DNA from: Pseudomonadota bacterium
Lineage (GTDB): Bacteria > Pseudomonadota > Alphaproteobacteria > Caulobacterales > Parvularculaceae
Length of the DNA stretch: 64,000 nt
Direction of reading: 5' to 3'
NCBI GenBank assembly: GCA_039197915.1
Contig: JBCCTV010000001.1
Span: forward strand, 5,140-69,139
Numbering within the stretch: position 1 is the stretch's first letter; each line of letters opens with the position of its first letter. The notes beneath the pieces are model-generated. The model ran no database searches, was not told the DNA's origin, and saw only the letters and a list, made by a program, of their open reading frames with translations. Of this stretch, positions 1-9,600 are shown piece by piece. Made by a program: the position numbers and the translations under genes.

Positions 1-772
1 CATAGGCCACCCGATCCTCACCGACAATCACCGCATGGGCGTTTGGACGCAGCCTCTGTAGGTCAGCAAAGGCCGCCATAAACTGCGGGAACCCGCGATA
101 GGGCTCCATCCCCCGCGCCACATAGGTCACAATCTCAGACCCTTCCGGCACGGAGACGTCCCCAACTTTCAAAGACGTCGGCCGGAACGGCAACGGATGA
201 TAATAGTCCGTATCAATACCATCATGGTGGGTTGTGAGCTTGTCCTGAAAACACCCTGGAAACTGCTGCTGCTGCCATGCGGTGGGGCAAACCCCCAACT
301 CGCATGAGGCGAGATCCATCAAAATGGGGGCGTTCTTCGACCGCGAACGCGCGCATATATCTGGCGACGGCGCACGATCGTCGAGATAGGACACATCGGG
401 CGCCGGCGTATTATAGTACCATTCGTAGTAGCCCACGGTTTTGGTCCGTGGCCAGACATCTTTCGCATACATGCCCGGCCCCCAGCCCGAATGGGCGACG
501 ACGAGGTCCGGCGAGAAGCCCGCATCGCGCAACTTAATCGCTGTCCGGGCAAAACCCTGGCCGGTCAAAACCGCGTTCTCCCATGTGGCCGAGTAGGGAT
601 GTACGCCTTCGGCGGGCTCGCGGTGCATTTCATAAGCCACAATCTTGTTTGAAAGGGCGGCCGCGTCTTTGCGCTTCGTTGCAAACATCACCTCCCAACC
701 AAGGCCATCGAGATAGGCCCCAAGGCGGCCAAACTGCGCTGGAAAATTATCATGTACAAAGAGGACCTTCAT
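1..772 (-). CDS. Glycosyltransferase, GT4-like (N-terminal ~257 aa; the 3' end runs off the window)
   Basis: Absent from the ORF track because the window edge truncates it. My own minus-strand translation from ATG (772-770) stays open to position 1: MKVLFVHDNFPAQFGRLGAYLDGLGWEVMFATKR...VVAHSGWGPGMYAKDVWP...VTYVARGMEPYRGFPQFM. This looks like the N-terminal Rossmann half of a GT-B/GT4 enzyme. A GGGAG RBS lies ~8 nt upstream. The start is 19 nt after the MotB-like stop, which looks like an operon. Confidence 0.7.
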   Translation of the reverse strand, partial: MKVLFVHDNFPAQFGRLGAYLDGLGWEVMFATKRKDAAALSNKIVAYEMHREPAEGVHPYSATWENAVLTGQGFARTAIKLRDAGFSPDLVVAHSGWGPGMYAKDVWPRTKTVGYYEWYYNTPAPDVSYLDDRAPSPDICARSRSKNAPILMDLASCELGVCPTAWQQQQFPGCFQDKLTTHHDGIDTDYYHPLPFRPTSLKVGDVSVPEGSEIVTYVARGMEPYRGFPQFMAAFADLQRLRPNAHAVIVGEDRVAY

Positions 773-791
773 GATCCAGCTCCCGAATGGT

Positions 792-1376
792 CTAATTGGT
801 GAAGAATTCCACCTGGTCGATAAACTGTTTGGCCGGCGCTTCTTTAACGAAGATCGCGATATCGCTCGCCGCGAAGCCAGCGTCCATTAAGGACTTACGC
901 GCTTGCAACAATCGATAATAGGCGATGCGCTGCTTTTTTGTGTATGCGGATGATTTTCCATCGAAATAGGACGTTATAACGATTTCTTTACCAACCAATT
1001 TATCGCGATTGTCGTCAAAGTAGCCAGCGACCTCGCCCAACGCTCCCTCATCGATCGTGGTTGCGTCAGCCTTAAAAGTAAGGACCAGGCGGTCATCTGC
1101 GGCTTTTACCGCCTCAACACCGGTCTTGACCTCTTTTGTCTCGGGCGCATCGACTGTTACTTCGCGGGTTTGAATTGTCGTCGTTGATTTTTCCGTAGGC
1201 GTATTTTCAACGACAATTTTGACAATGTTTAGTGACATCGCAAAAATAGCGATCGCAAGAATGATCAACAAAAACGTCACAACCATGACGATCGTCGACA
1301 ACGCGTCGACGAAGCCCGGCCAATGGTTTTCTTCTTGTTGTTGCGCTTTCGCCACGACGCTCGCTTCAACACCCAT
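792..1376 (-). CDS. MotB/SiiA-like single-pass membrane protein (stator B-subunit-like) with a degenerate OmpA-like C-terminal half
   Basis: 194 aa. The N-terminus HWPGFVD24ALSTIVMVVTFLLIILAIAIF resembles the MotB plug/TM signature (E. coli ..YAD32FMTAMMAFFLV..), with the Asp conserved at the TM entry. The C-terminal segment (VITSYFDGKSSAYTKKQRIAYYRLLQARKSLMDAGFAASDIAIFVKEA) resembles an OmpA/MotB C-terminal fold. Confidence 0.6.
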   Translation of the reverse strand: MGVEASVVAKAQQQEENHWPGFVDALSTIVMVVTFLLIILAIAIFAMSLNIVKIVVENTPTEKSTTTIQTREVTVDAPETKEVKTGVEAVKAADDRLVLTFKADATTIDEGALGEVAGYFDDNRDKLVGKEIVITSYFDGKSSAYTKKQRIAYYRLLQARKSLMDAGFAASDIAIFVKEAPAKQFIDQVEFFTN

Positions 1377-1551
1377 ATGCCGGACGCGCCGGCGCTTAAC
1401 TGATCGTGGTTAATTGCCGTTGAGAGCGTTGCGATTTCGTAAACCCAGACTTTGGCGTCAGCCTTGGCGCAGAGTTTGGCCGACAATAAAAAATTAAGGT
1501 TATCGACCCACGTTCAGCTGCTTATTGGCGACGATTTAGGGCAGCGGCTCG

Positions 1552-2988
1552 ATGGGCAGCGTACGCACTCAGTTTAATCGGATCTTGTTTTCGCTCGGCG
1601 TTCTCATAGCGCTGAGCATTTGGCAGTGGGGCTTCGTCCTAAACGCCGTTAGCTCAAACCCGGCGCTGAACGGCCTGATCTTCGGCACATTTTTCTTCGG
1701 GTTTTATCTCGTTTTCTCCGGCGCGATGACCATTCGCAACGAGTACCGCTCGTTTAACGCGCTACAAGAAATGCTGGCCGATGTGCGGGGCGAGCAACAA
1801 ACCCGCGAGCTTGACCCCTATTGGCGCTATCGGCGGTGTAACGACATTGGGATCGTTTTTAAGCGCCCGAATATTCTGGGGCAGGCCTATCAGCTCATCT
1901 CCGACAGGCTGCGCCAGGAAAAAGACCTCTCGATCACCGCTTCAACCATGCAGACGCTGGTCGACGGCATTGACGAGCGGGTTCAGGAAATCCGCTCGCT
2001 CATATCCTATGTGGCGGGCATCCTCGTTCTATTGGGCCTTATCGGTACGTTCCTTGGCCTGATGATTACGCTTGCTTCCGTTGGCGACATTTTGGGGAGC
2101 CTCGACCTTACGGGCGGCGACCCGACGGAAACGGTCTCTGGCTTGATGGAAAGTTTGCAGGTGCCGCTTGGCGGCATGGCGACAGGCTTCTCGTCATCAT
2201 TGTTTGGTCTTGTGACGTCGTTAGCGCTCAGCCTGCAACAACAGCTTTTATCGCGCGCCTTCAGTACACTGAAATCGGATTTCTCAAACTGGCTCTCCGA
2301 TGCGGTTGAATTGCACGAGGGGGAAGTGGGCCTCAGCGGATATGGCGGCGTCGCCGTCTCAACTGGGGACGGCTCCAACGAAGGCGGCGCGGTCCACCAC
2401 GCCCCGCAAGTTACCTTAATGATGGAGGAGCGCCGTCTCGCTTTGTTGATGAAAACGGCCCGGCATATTTTGGTTGCAAACCGCCACCAGGGCCGGTCGC
2501 TTCGCCAGGTCACCAAAGGCTTAGAGGCCCTCGCGCTTGAAACGGCGGAAGTGACCGGCGCAATGCGCGAAGCGACCGACCGGCTGCAGGCGCTCAGCGA
2601 TCAAAACGAAGTCGTCCACAAAGCAATTGCACGGTCTACTGAAGCCCTCGCCGCTGTTGCCCAGGCCCAAACGGAACGGAAGGAAATCGCGGAGCTTACA
2701 GCGCTCCTCTCAACCCGTTTCCAAGAGCGCGACGCCCGCGTTTTAACGGGGATGCGCCAGATCTACCGGCGCGTTGGCGAGATCGCTGCGGACCGCGCGC
2801 GCGAACAGGATGCTCAAGATACGGAGCATGAGAGATTGCAAGAAGCGCTTGGCGAAGAGATTACCGATCTGAACATCAACGAATTACGCAACGCGGCTGA
2901 AGAAATGCGCCTCCCGCCGAAGGCCGCGCGCCGCGCGACTAGCGCTGAGGGCGATCCGAGGCCAGCAGCGCAAGCCAAGGGGCGCTGA
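1552..2988 (+). CDS. MotA/ExbB/TolQ-family proton-channel protein (SiiB/stator A-subunit-like) with a long C-terminal coiled-coil tail
   Basis: 478 aa. Four hydrophobic helices at residues ~11-30, 40-61, 151-176 and 208-230. The last two carry the family motifs LLGLIGTFLGL and ATGFSSSLFGL. Residues ~300-478 are Ala/Glu/Arg/Leu-rich and heptad-like. Transcribed divergently from the MotB-like gene across a 175-bp AT-richer spacer. Confidence 0.65.
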   Translation: MGSVRTQFNRILFSLGVLIALSIWQWGFVLNAVSSNPALNGLIFGTFFFGFYLVFSGAMTIRNEYRSFNALQEMLADVRGEQQTRELDPYWRYRRCNDIGIVFKRPNILGQAYQLISDRLRQEKDLSITASTMQTLVDGIDERVQEIRSLISYVAGILVLLGLIGTFLGLMITLASVGDILGSLDLTGGDPTETVSGLMESLQVPLGGMATGFSSSLFGLVTSLALSLQQQLLSRAFSTLKSDFSNWLSDAVELHEGEVGLSGYGGVAVSTGDGSNEGGAVHHAPQVTLMMEERRLALLMKTARHILVANRHQGRSLRQVTKGLEALALETAEVTGAMREATDRLQALSDQNEVVHKAIARSTEALAAVAQAQTERKEIAELTALLSTRFQERDARVLTGMRQIYRRVGEIAADRAREQDAQDTEHERLQEALGEEITDLNINELRNAAEEMRLPPKAARRATSAEGDPRPAAQAKGR

Positions 2989-2989
2989 T

Positions 2990-3472
2990 ATGATGAAACG
3001 TTTCGCAACGCGCATGCAGCAAGCCCTAGCGCCAGCGCGTAAACTTTCAAGCTACCGCCGTCGGCGCACGGACCTTGAGGCGCGCACGGTGCAGCGCCAG
3101 CGCAAAGCCCTCGTCCGGGATGAAAAACGCAACCAACACAAACGCGCCGAACAGCGCGTGGACATCTTTGCGCTCGCAGAGATCGCCCTGCCGGATCGCA
3201 ATTTCTCCCTCGACGGCGTTATAATCGACGCCTCCCCTGGAGGACTTTCCTTCCGGCCGTCGACGCAATTCATTGAAGACCTGACCGGCGAGCCAGTAAA
3301 ACTCCTGATCGAAGGCGTCGCCAAAAATGGCGTCATCCGCGCCACCCGTCCCAATGGGTATGGCGTTCAACTGACGCGCGGCTTCTCCACCGGCGAACTC
3401 GCATTGCTCAGAGATTTATCCGTAGACGTTGAAGACGAACGCACGGCGAAAGCGGCGTTGCTGGCCGAGTAG
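2990..3472 (+). CDS. PilZ-domain protein (predicted c-di-GMP receptor)
   Basis: 160 aa. Contains RAEQR (residues 52-56), 23 intervening residues, then DASPGG (80-85). This matches the canonical PilZ RxxxR...(D/N)xSxxG c-di-GMP site (nt 3143-3244). The ATG lies 1 nt after the MotA-like TGA (..TGAtATGATG..), suggesting translational coupling. Confidence 0.7.
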   Translation: MMKRFATRMQQALAPARKLSSYRRRRTDLEARTVQRQRKALVRDEKRNQHKRAEQRVDIFALAEIALPDRNFSLDGVIIDASPGGLSFRPSTQFIEDLTGEPVKLLIEGVAKNGVIRATRPNGYGVQLTRGFSTGELALLRDLSVDVEDERTAKAALLAE

Positions 3473-3643
3473 CGCTCGAGAGCCATTGCGTCGGACGCAT
3501 TTTCTTAAAACGAAAAATCGATCCCCCCAAAAAACGCGCACCTGCGACGGCGTGGTTTTCGGGGAGGCATAACGCTCTTCCAACATCCGTTTGAGCGCCC
3601 CGCAGCACTTACGAGGCGCCCATATTTGAATGAGCCCCAAGCT

Positions 3644-6600
3644 TTAAGCGACGGCGACCGTCAGTTCAGCGATCGTTGTGCTAAAGCCGTCTTCGAACGT
3701 ATAAAGCATGGACGACATATCGCCCGACGATGTCGCGGCGCCGACCACATTCACTTCGCTCACATCATCGACGAGCACCGTCAACGCGTTCCCTGAGTCC
3801 GTAACCGATTGCACGTCGGTTACATCCAACGTGAAGTCGGCTGTCAGGTTAGGTCCGCGCACGTCGATAATCTCAATGTCGGTCAAGATATCGAAGAGAC
3901 CGAGGTCGCTGACAATGCTTGGCGTTGGGCTTTCAAGGTCAACCGTGTCCGTATCAGCGCCGCCGTTGATTTGCGCGTTGGTGAGGTCAATCAGTCCAGT
4001 GTCAATGATGAACCGGTCATCGCCGCCTTCGCCAAGGGCGATATCGGCGCCGCCATTGGTGTCAATGATGTCGTCATTTGCTCCGCCCTCGAACCGGTTA
4101 GCGTCGCCGTCGCCCACAAGGGTGTCGTTGCCGTCGCCGCCCCGGAGCGTGTCGCCGCCTACGGCTGTGAGGCTATCATTGCCGCCAAGGCCCTCTAACA
4201 GGTTCGCATTGCCGTCCCCCGTTAGCGTGTCGCCGGCGGTGTTGGAGCCGATTACATTCTCAAAGCCTGCAATCGTGTCGCCAGCCGCATCGCCGCCGCT
4301 CGCGCTGTTCGTGCCAAGATTAATAGTCACACCGCCCGTCGAGGCCGCGTAGTCGAGCGTGTCAATCTCGCCGCCCCCGTCAAGGTCGTCAGCATCAGCG
4401 CCGCCGCGCACCGTGTCATTGCCCCCTTCGCCCCGAAGCGTGTCCCCGCCGGAACCGCCCTCAAGAACGTCAGCGCCCCCGCCGCCTGCCAAGCTGTTCG
4501 CAAGGCCAGACCCCGTCAGCGTGTCATTCCCAGAACCGCCTAGCGCGTTCTCAATCGCAATCAGCGTATCCCCAAGCGAGGACGTCTCGCCGCCAAGATC
4601 AATATCAACCCCTGAGCCAACGCTCGAGTAATCAACCGTGTCAATCTGGCCGCCGCCATCAAGCGAATCACCGCCGCCAGCGTCAGCGACAAGCGTGTCA
4701 GCCCCAAGGCCGCCAATGAGCGTATCAACACCGCCGAGACCCGTCAGACGGTCGGCCCCGGAGCCGCCCTCAATCCGGTTATTGGCTGACGAGCCCACAA
4801 GCGTGTCGTTGCCCGTGCCAGAAACAATGTTCTCAATAGACGTCAGCGTATCCCCGAGGGACGTCACGCCCGTCCCAAGGTCAACATCAAGGTCCCCGCT
4901 CTCGCTGCCATAGTCGACCGTGTCGTCATTCGCCCCGCCGTCAAGAAGGTCCCCGTCAGCGCCGCCGCGAAGCGTGTCGTTACCGCCTTCGCCCCGAAGC
5001 GTGTCAGAGCCCGCATCCCCTTCAAGGATGTCCCCGTCAGCACCGCCAAGCAAACTATCAAGGCCGCCGCCGCCAACAAGACTGTCCGCGCCCCCGCCCC
5101 CTTCGAGCGTGTTCGCATTGCCGTCCCCCGTTAGCGTGTCGGCAAAGTTCGACCCCCGGAGGTTTTCAATTTCGTTGAACGTGTCGCCGCTCGCATGGCC
5201 GACGGTTCCGCCGCCTGCAGCCAGGCTAGCATCGACAGGGCCCGTGGCGTTCTCGTAACTCGCCCAATCAATACCGCCGCCGCCATCGAGCGTATCGGCG
5301 TCGTCTCCGCCGACTAACGTATCCGCGCCTTCACCGCCGAAAAGCGCTTGGGCCGTCGGTGTACCGAAGATTAAATCATCGGCATCGCCGCCGATGACCG
5401 TGTCGACGCCAGAGAGCACATCGCCTTGCGCATGGCCGCCGGATGACGCGGTTCCGTCGAGGCGGATGACGAGATTGACCCCGGTTGGAGAGCCTGAATA
5501 GTCGACGGTATCGTCGCCCGTTCCGCCCTCAATTGTGTCAGCGCCTGCTGACGCGTTGATGAGGTCGTTGCCGCCGCCCGCATTAATGTTGTTGCCGCCG
5601 GCGCTGCCGGTGATTGTGTCATTGGCGCTTGAGCCGATGACATTCTCGATGCTGACGAGTGAATCGTTGCCATCGGCCCCGGTCGCCGTTTGGGCGTCGA
5701 GGTCAATCGTTACCGCGCCGCTCGCGTTAGCGTAGCTTGCCGTATCGAGCCCGCCCCCGCCGTCGATCGTATCCGCCCCGCCCCGGCCTTCGAGAACGTC
5801 CGCCGCCTCTCCGCCTTCGAGGATGTTTTCGTTATCATCACCGACGAGGGTGTCGAAGTTGTTTGATCCCCGGAGGTTTTCAACGCCGTTAAAGACGTCC
5901 CCCGCCGCGTCGCCTACGGTGCCGCCGCCCGCAAAGAGCGAGGCGACAACGCTTCCGCCTGCGGATGAATAATCCGCCGTGTCGTTACCGCCGCCGCCGA
6001 TCAAACTGTCAGCGCCGGCGCCGCCGACGAGAACGTCATCTAAAGCGCCGCCGTCCAGCGTCTGTGCGCCGCCAATACCGATGAGGCTGTCGTTAAAGTT
6101 CGAACCGGTCAGTCTTTCGATGCCGCTGACAATATCGCCCTGGGCATGGCCGCCAGATGAAGCGGTCCCGTCGAGGCGAACCGTGACGCCGTCATTTGAT
6201 CCGACATAGGTTAGGCTGTCGATCTCGGTTCCGCCGTCAATCGTATCGGCGCCAACGGAGCTTGTGAACGCATCGGCGCCGCCGCGGCCCTCAAGTCTGT
6301 TATTTTCAGTATTACCGGCAAGGGTATCGTTCTGGGCCGTACCGATAATCGCCTCGATGCTGACAAGTGTGTCGTTTGTTGCGTCGCCGCCGGTTGCGGT
6401 GTTCGCGCCGAGGTCCACATTGATTGCTGACCCTGAACCCGAATAATCAACCGTATCGAGACCACTGCCGCCATCAATATCATCGCCATCAGCGCCGCCG
6501 CTGATCAAGTCATCATCATCGCCGCCGCGCAAGGTGTTGGCCCCGGCGCCGCCAATAATCGTGTCCATGCCACGACCGCCATCGATGTCATCCGCATCGG

Positions 6601-9600
6601 CGCCGCCGTCGATGTTGTCATCTTCATCGCCGCCGGTGATCGTGTCGCTGCCGATGCCGCCGGTTATAAGGTCAGCCCCCTGACCACCGGCAATATTGTC
6701 GGCGCCGGCGCCCCCTTCGATCGTATCGGCGTCGCGGCCGCCGTCTAGGTTATCGTCGCCGTCGCCGCCGATCAGCGTGTCAAACCCGTCAAATCCGCGC
6801 AGGGTGTTTTCTAGGGTGTCGCCAACGAGGTTGTCATTGAAATCAGAACCGTCGATGCCTTCGATGCCAAAGAAACGGTCGCCCGCAGCATCACCGCCGG
6901 CGCCGGTCGCGCCTTCGGATAGGGTAATAGAAACGCCGCTGCCGCTCGATTGGAAGTCGACGATGTCGTCGCCCGCGCCGCCTCGATATTCGTCAGCGTT
7001 GGCGCCCGCGCCGCCGTCGAGAATATCATCGCCGTCGCCGCCCTCGAGCGTGTTGGAGGCGGTCGAGCCGCGCAGGGTATCGCCAAGGGTCGAGCCGATC
7101 AGGTTTTCAATACCGGATAAATCATCGCCCGCCGCCGTACCAAAGCGCTCAATATTGCCGGCGATGTCGATCTCAACGCCAGCGCCTGAGTCGCTGTAAT
7201 CCGCCGTATCAATACCCGCGCCGCCGACCAAGACATCGCTGCCGGCGCCGCCTTGCAGGGTGTCGTCGCCATCGCGGCCTTCAAGGCGATTATTCGCCCC
7301 ATTGCCGGTGATGTTATCGCCTAGCGATGTTCCGTATACCCGCTCAATACCGCGCAGGGTGTCCGTATCAACGCCGCTGACGCCAGTTTCTGCAACGAGG
7401 TCCACAATGACCGCAAGCGACAGCGATCCGTAGTCGATATCGTCAAAGGAGCCTGTCCCGCCGTCGATGAAATCGCTGCCGAGGTCGCCTTGGAAATCGT
7501 CGTTGTTGGCGCCGCCGATGAGGCTGTCGTCGCCTTCACCGCCGAAGATGTCGTCGTCGCCGGACCCGCCTAGGATCGTGTCATTCCCCTCGTCGCCAAA
7601 GAGTTGGTCATTTGAGTTGCCGCCGTCGATGCTGTCATTGTCAGCGCCGCCACGAATGATGTCCAAGCCCTCGCCGCCGATAATCTCGTCGTCGCCAGCA
7701 TCCCCTTGCAGGGAGTCATTATCGGCGCCGCCGTTAATCGTGTCATTGCCCTCGCCGCCGATGACCGTGTCATTTTCGTCACCAGCGGAAATGTCATCGT
7801 CACCTTCACCGCCGTCAATGGTGTCGCTGCCTTCGCCGCTGGTGATGATATCGTTATCGAGACCGCCTTCGATCAAGTCGTTGTTCCGGTCACCAACAAT
7901 CGTATCGTCGCCAGCGTCGCCGAAGAGTTGGTTCAGGCCTTCGCCGCCGATAATTGAGTCGTTGCCGGTATTGCCGCGGATCGTGTCATTGCCTTGCCCG
8001 CCGGTCAGCGTGTTTTCGCCGACCGTCCCTAGGAGCGAGTCAGAGCCCGATGAGCCGACAGCGCTCTCGATACTGACGAGCGTGTCGCCCTCGGCTTCGC
8101 CGCCGAGGCCAAATTCATTCTGTAGATCGACCGTTACGCCAACGCCTGAGTTGGAGTAGGTGACAACATCATCGCCAATACCGCCGTCGATGGAATCAGC
8201 GCCGCCAAAGCCGCGGAAGATGTCGTCGCCATCGCCGCCAATGAGCGTTTCAACACCGCCGGTGCCGGACAGTTGGTCGCTTTCGTCTGAACCAATGAGC
8301 ACTTCAATGTCGAACAGGCGGTCGCCGGCGGCGAACCCGCCAGAGCCCGTTGTCCCATTGAGGAAGGCGATCACGCCAGTGGTTGAATTACTATAATCGA
8401 CCGTATCGGTATCTTCGCCTCCTTCAAGGCGCTCTGTCCCGATGTTGCCGAAGAGCGTGTCATCGCCGTCTTGGCCGAAGAGGCTGTCATTGCCCTCGCC
8501 GCCATCGATGACGTCTGCGCCTTCGCCGCCGAAAATGCGGTTTGCGGCGGTATTGCCATCTAGCGTGTCGTCATTATCGGACCCACGCAGATCCTCGATA
8601 CTGGAATAGGTGTCGCCTAAGGCTTCGCCGGTGTTCAGGGCGGCGTTTGCGAGGTTCACAACAAGTCCGGGTCCGGCGTTTTGGTAATCGGCCATATCGC
8701 GACCCGCGCCGCCCTCAAGGGTGTCGGCCTCACCGCCGCCCTCAAGGGTGTCGTTTCCGCCGCCGCCTGTGAGCACATTCGCCAGCGCATCGCCGACGAT
8801 CGTGTCTGCCGCTTCGGAACCGATCACGTTTTCAACGTCGATAATCGTATCGTCAGCGGCGTCGCCGGCGAAGCCGCGTTCTTGGCTAAGGTCGACGCTG
8901 ACGCCAATGGTCAGCCCACTGTAGTCGACAACGTCAATATCATCGCCGCCATCGAGCGTGTCGCCATTGGCGCCGCCGATCAGCGTGTCATTGCCAAGGC
9001 CGCCTTCTAGCGAATTCTCAAAGCCGTCGCCAACAAGTCGGTCAGCGCCAGAGCCGCCGATAATACCTTCTATATTCGTATAGGTATCGCCTTCCGCAGC
9101 GCCGCCGGTGCCGACGCCGCCGAGCGTTGCGGTAATATCGACGGTCTCGGCCGAATAATCGACGATGTCGAAATTATCGCCGCCGTCGAGGGAATCTGCG
9201 CCCGTCCCGGTGAAGAATATATCGGCGCCGAGGCCGCCGAGGAGCGTGTCAACGCCTGCGCCGCCATCGAGCGTATCATTGCCGGCGCCGCCGTCGAGGC
9301 TGTCATTGTCACCGGCGCCGAGGAGGCTGTCATTGTCATCCCCGCCGAGGAGCGTGTCCGCGCCAGCCGCCCCTGTGAGCGTGTCATTGCCGGCCATACC
9401 CCGCAGTTCGTTGCCGGCCGCCGAGGTCGTTAGGCTATCGTCGAAACCTGAGCCTTCGAGAATTTCAATATCCGTAAACGTATCACCGGCAGCGTCGTCA
9501 TTGGCGCCGACAGCGCCAACAGCGAGAGACGCCGTAACGCCTGAACCCGCCGTGCGGTAGGTCGCAACGTCAATGCCTTCACCGCCGTCAAGGGCGTCGG

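Noticed and set aside
792-3472. Zorya-like anti-phage system (ZorA/ZorB are also MotA/MotB-like, and ZorA has a long tail)
   Set aside because: No ZorC/ZorD/ZorE-type helicase or nuclease genes are adjacent. The MotA-like protein is much shorter than I recall ZorA proteins being. The pair is divergent rather than operonic. The partners here are a PilZ protein and a T1SS locus. It cannot be fully excluded without profile searches.
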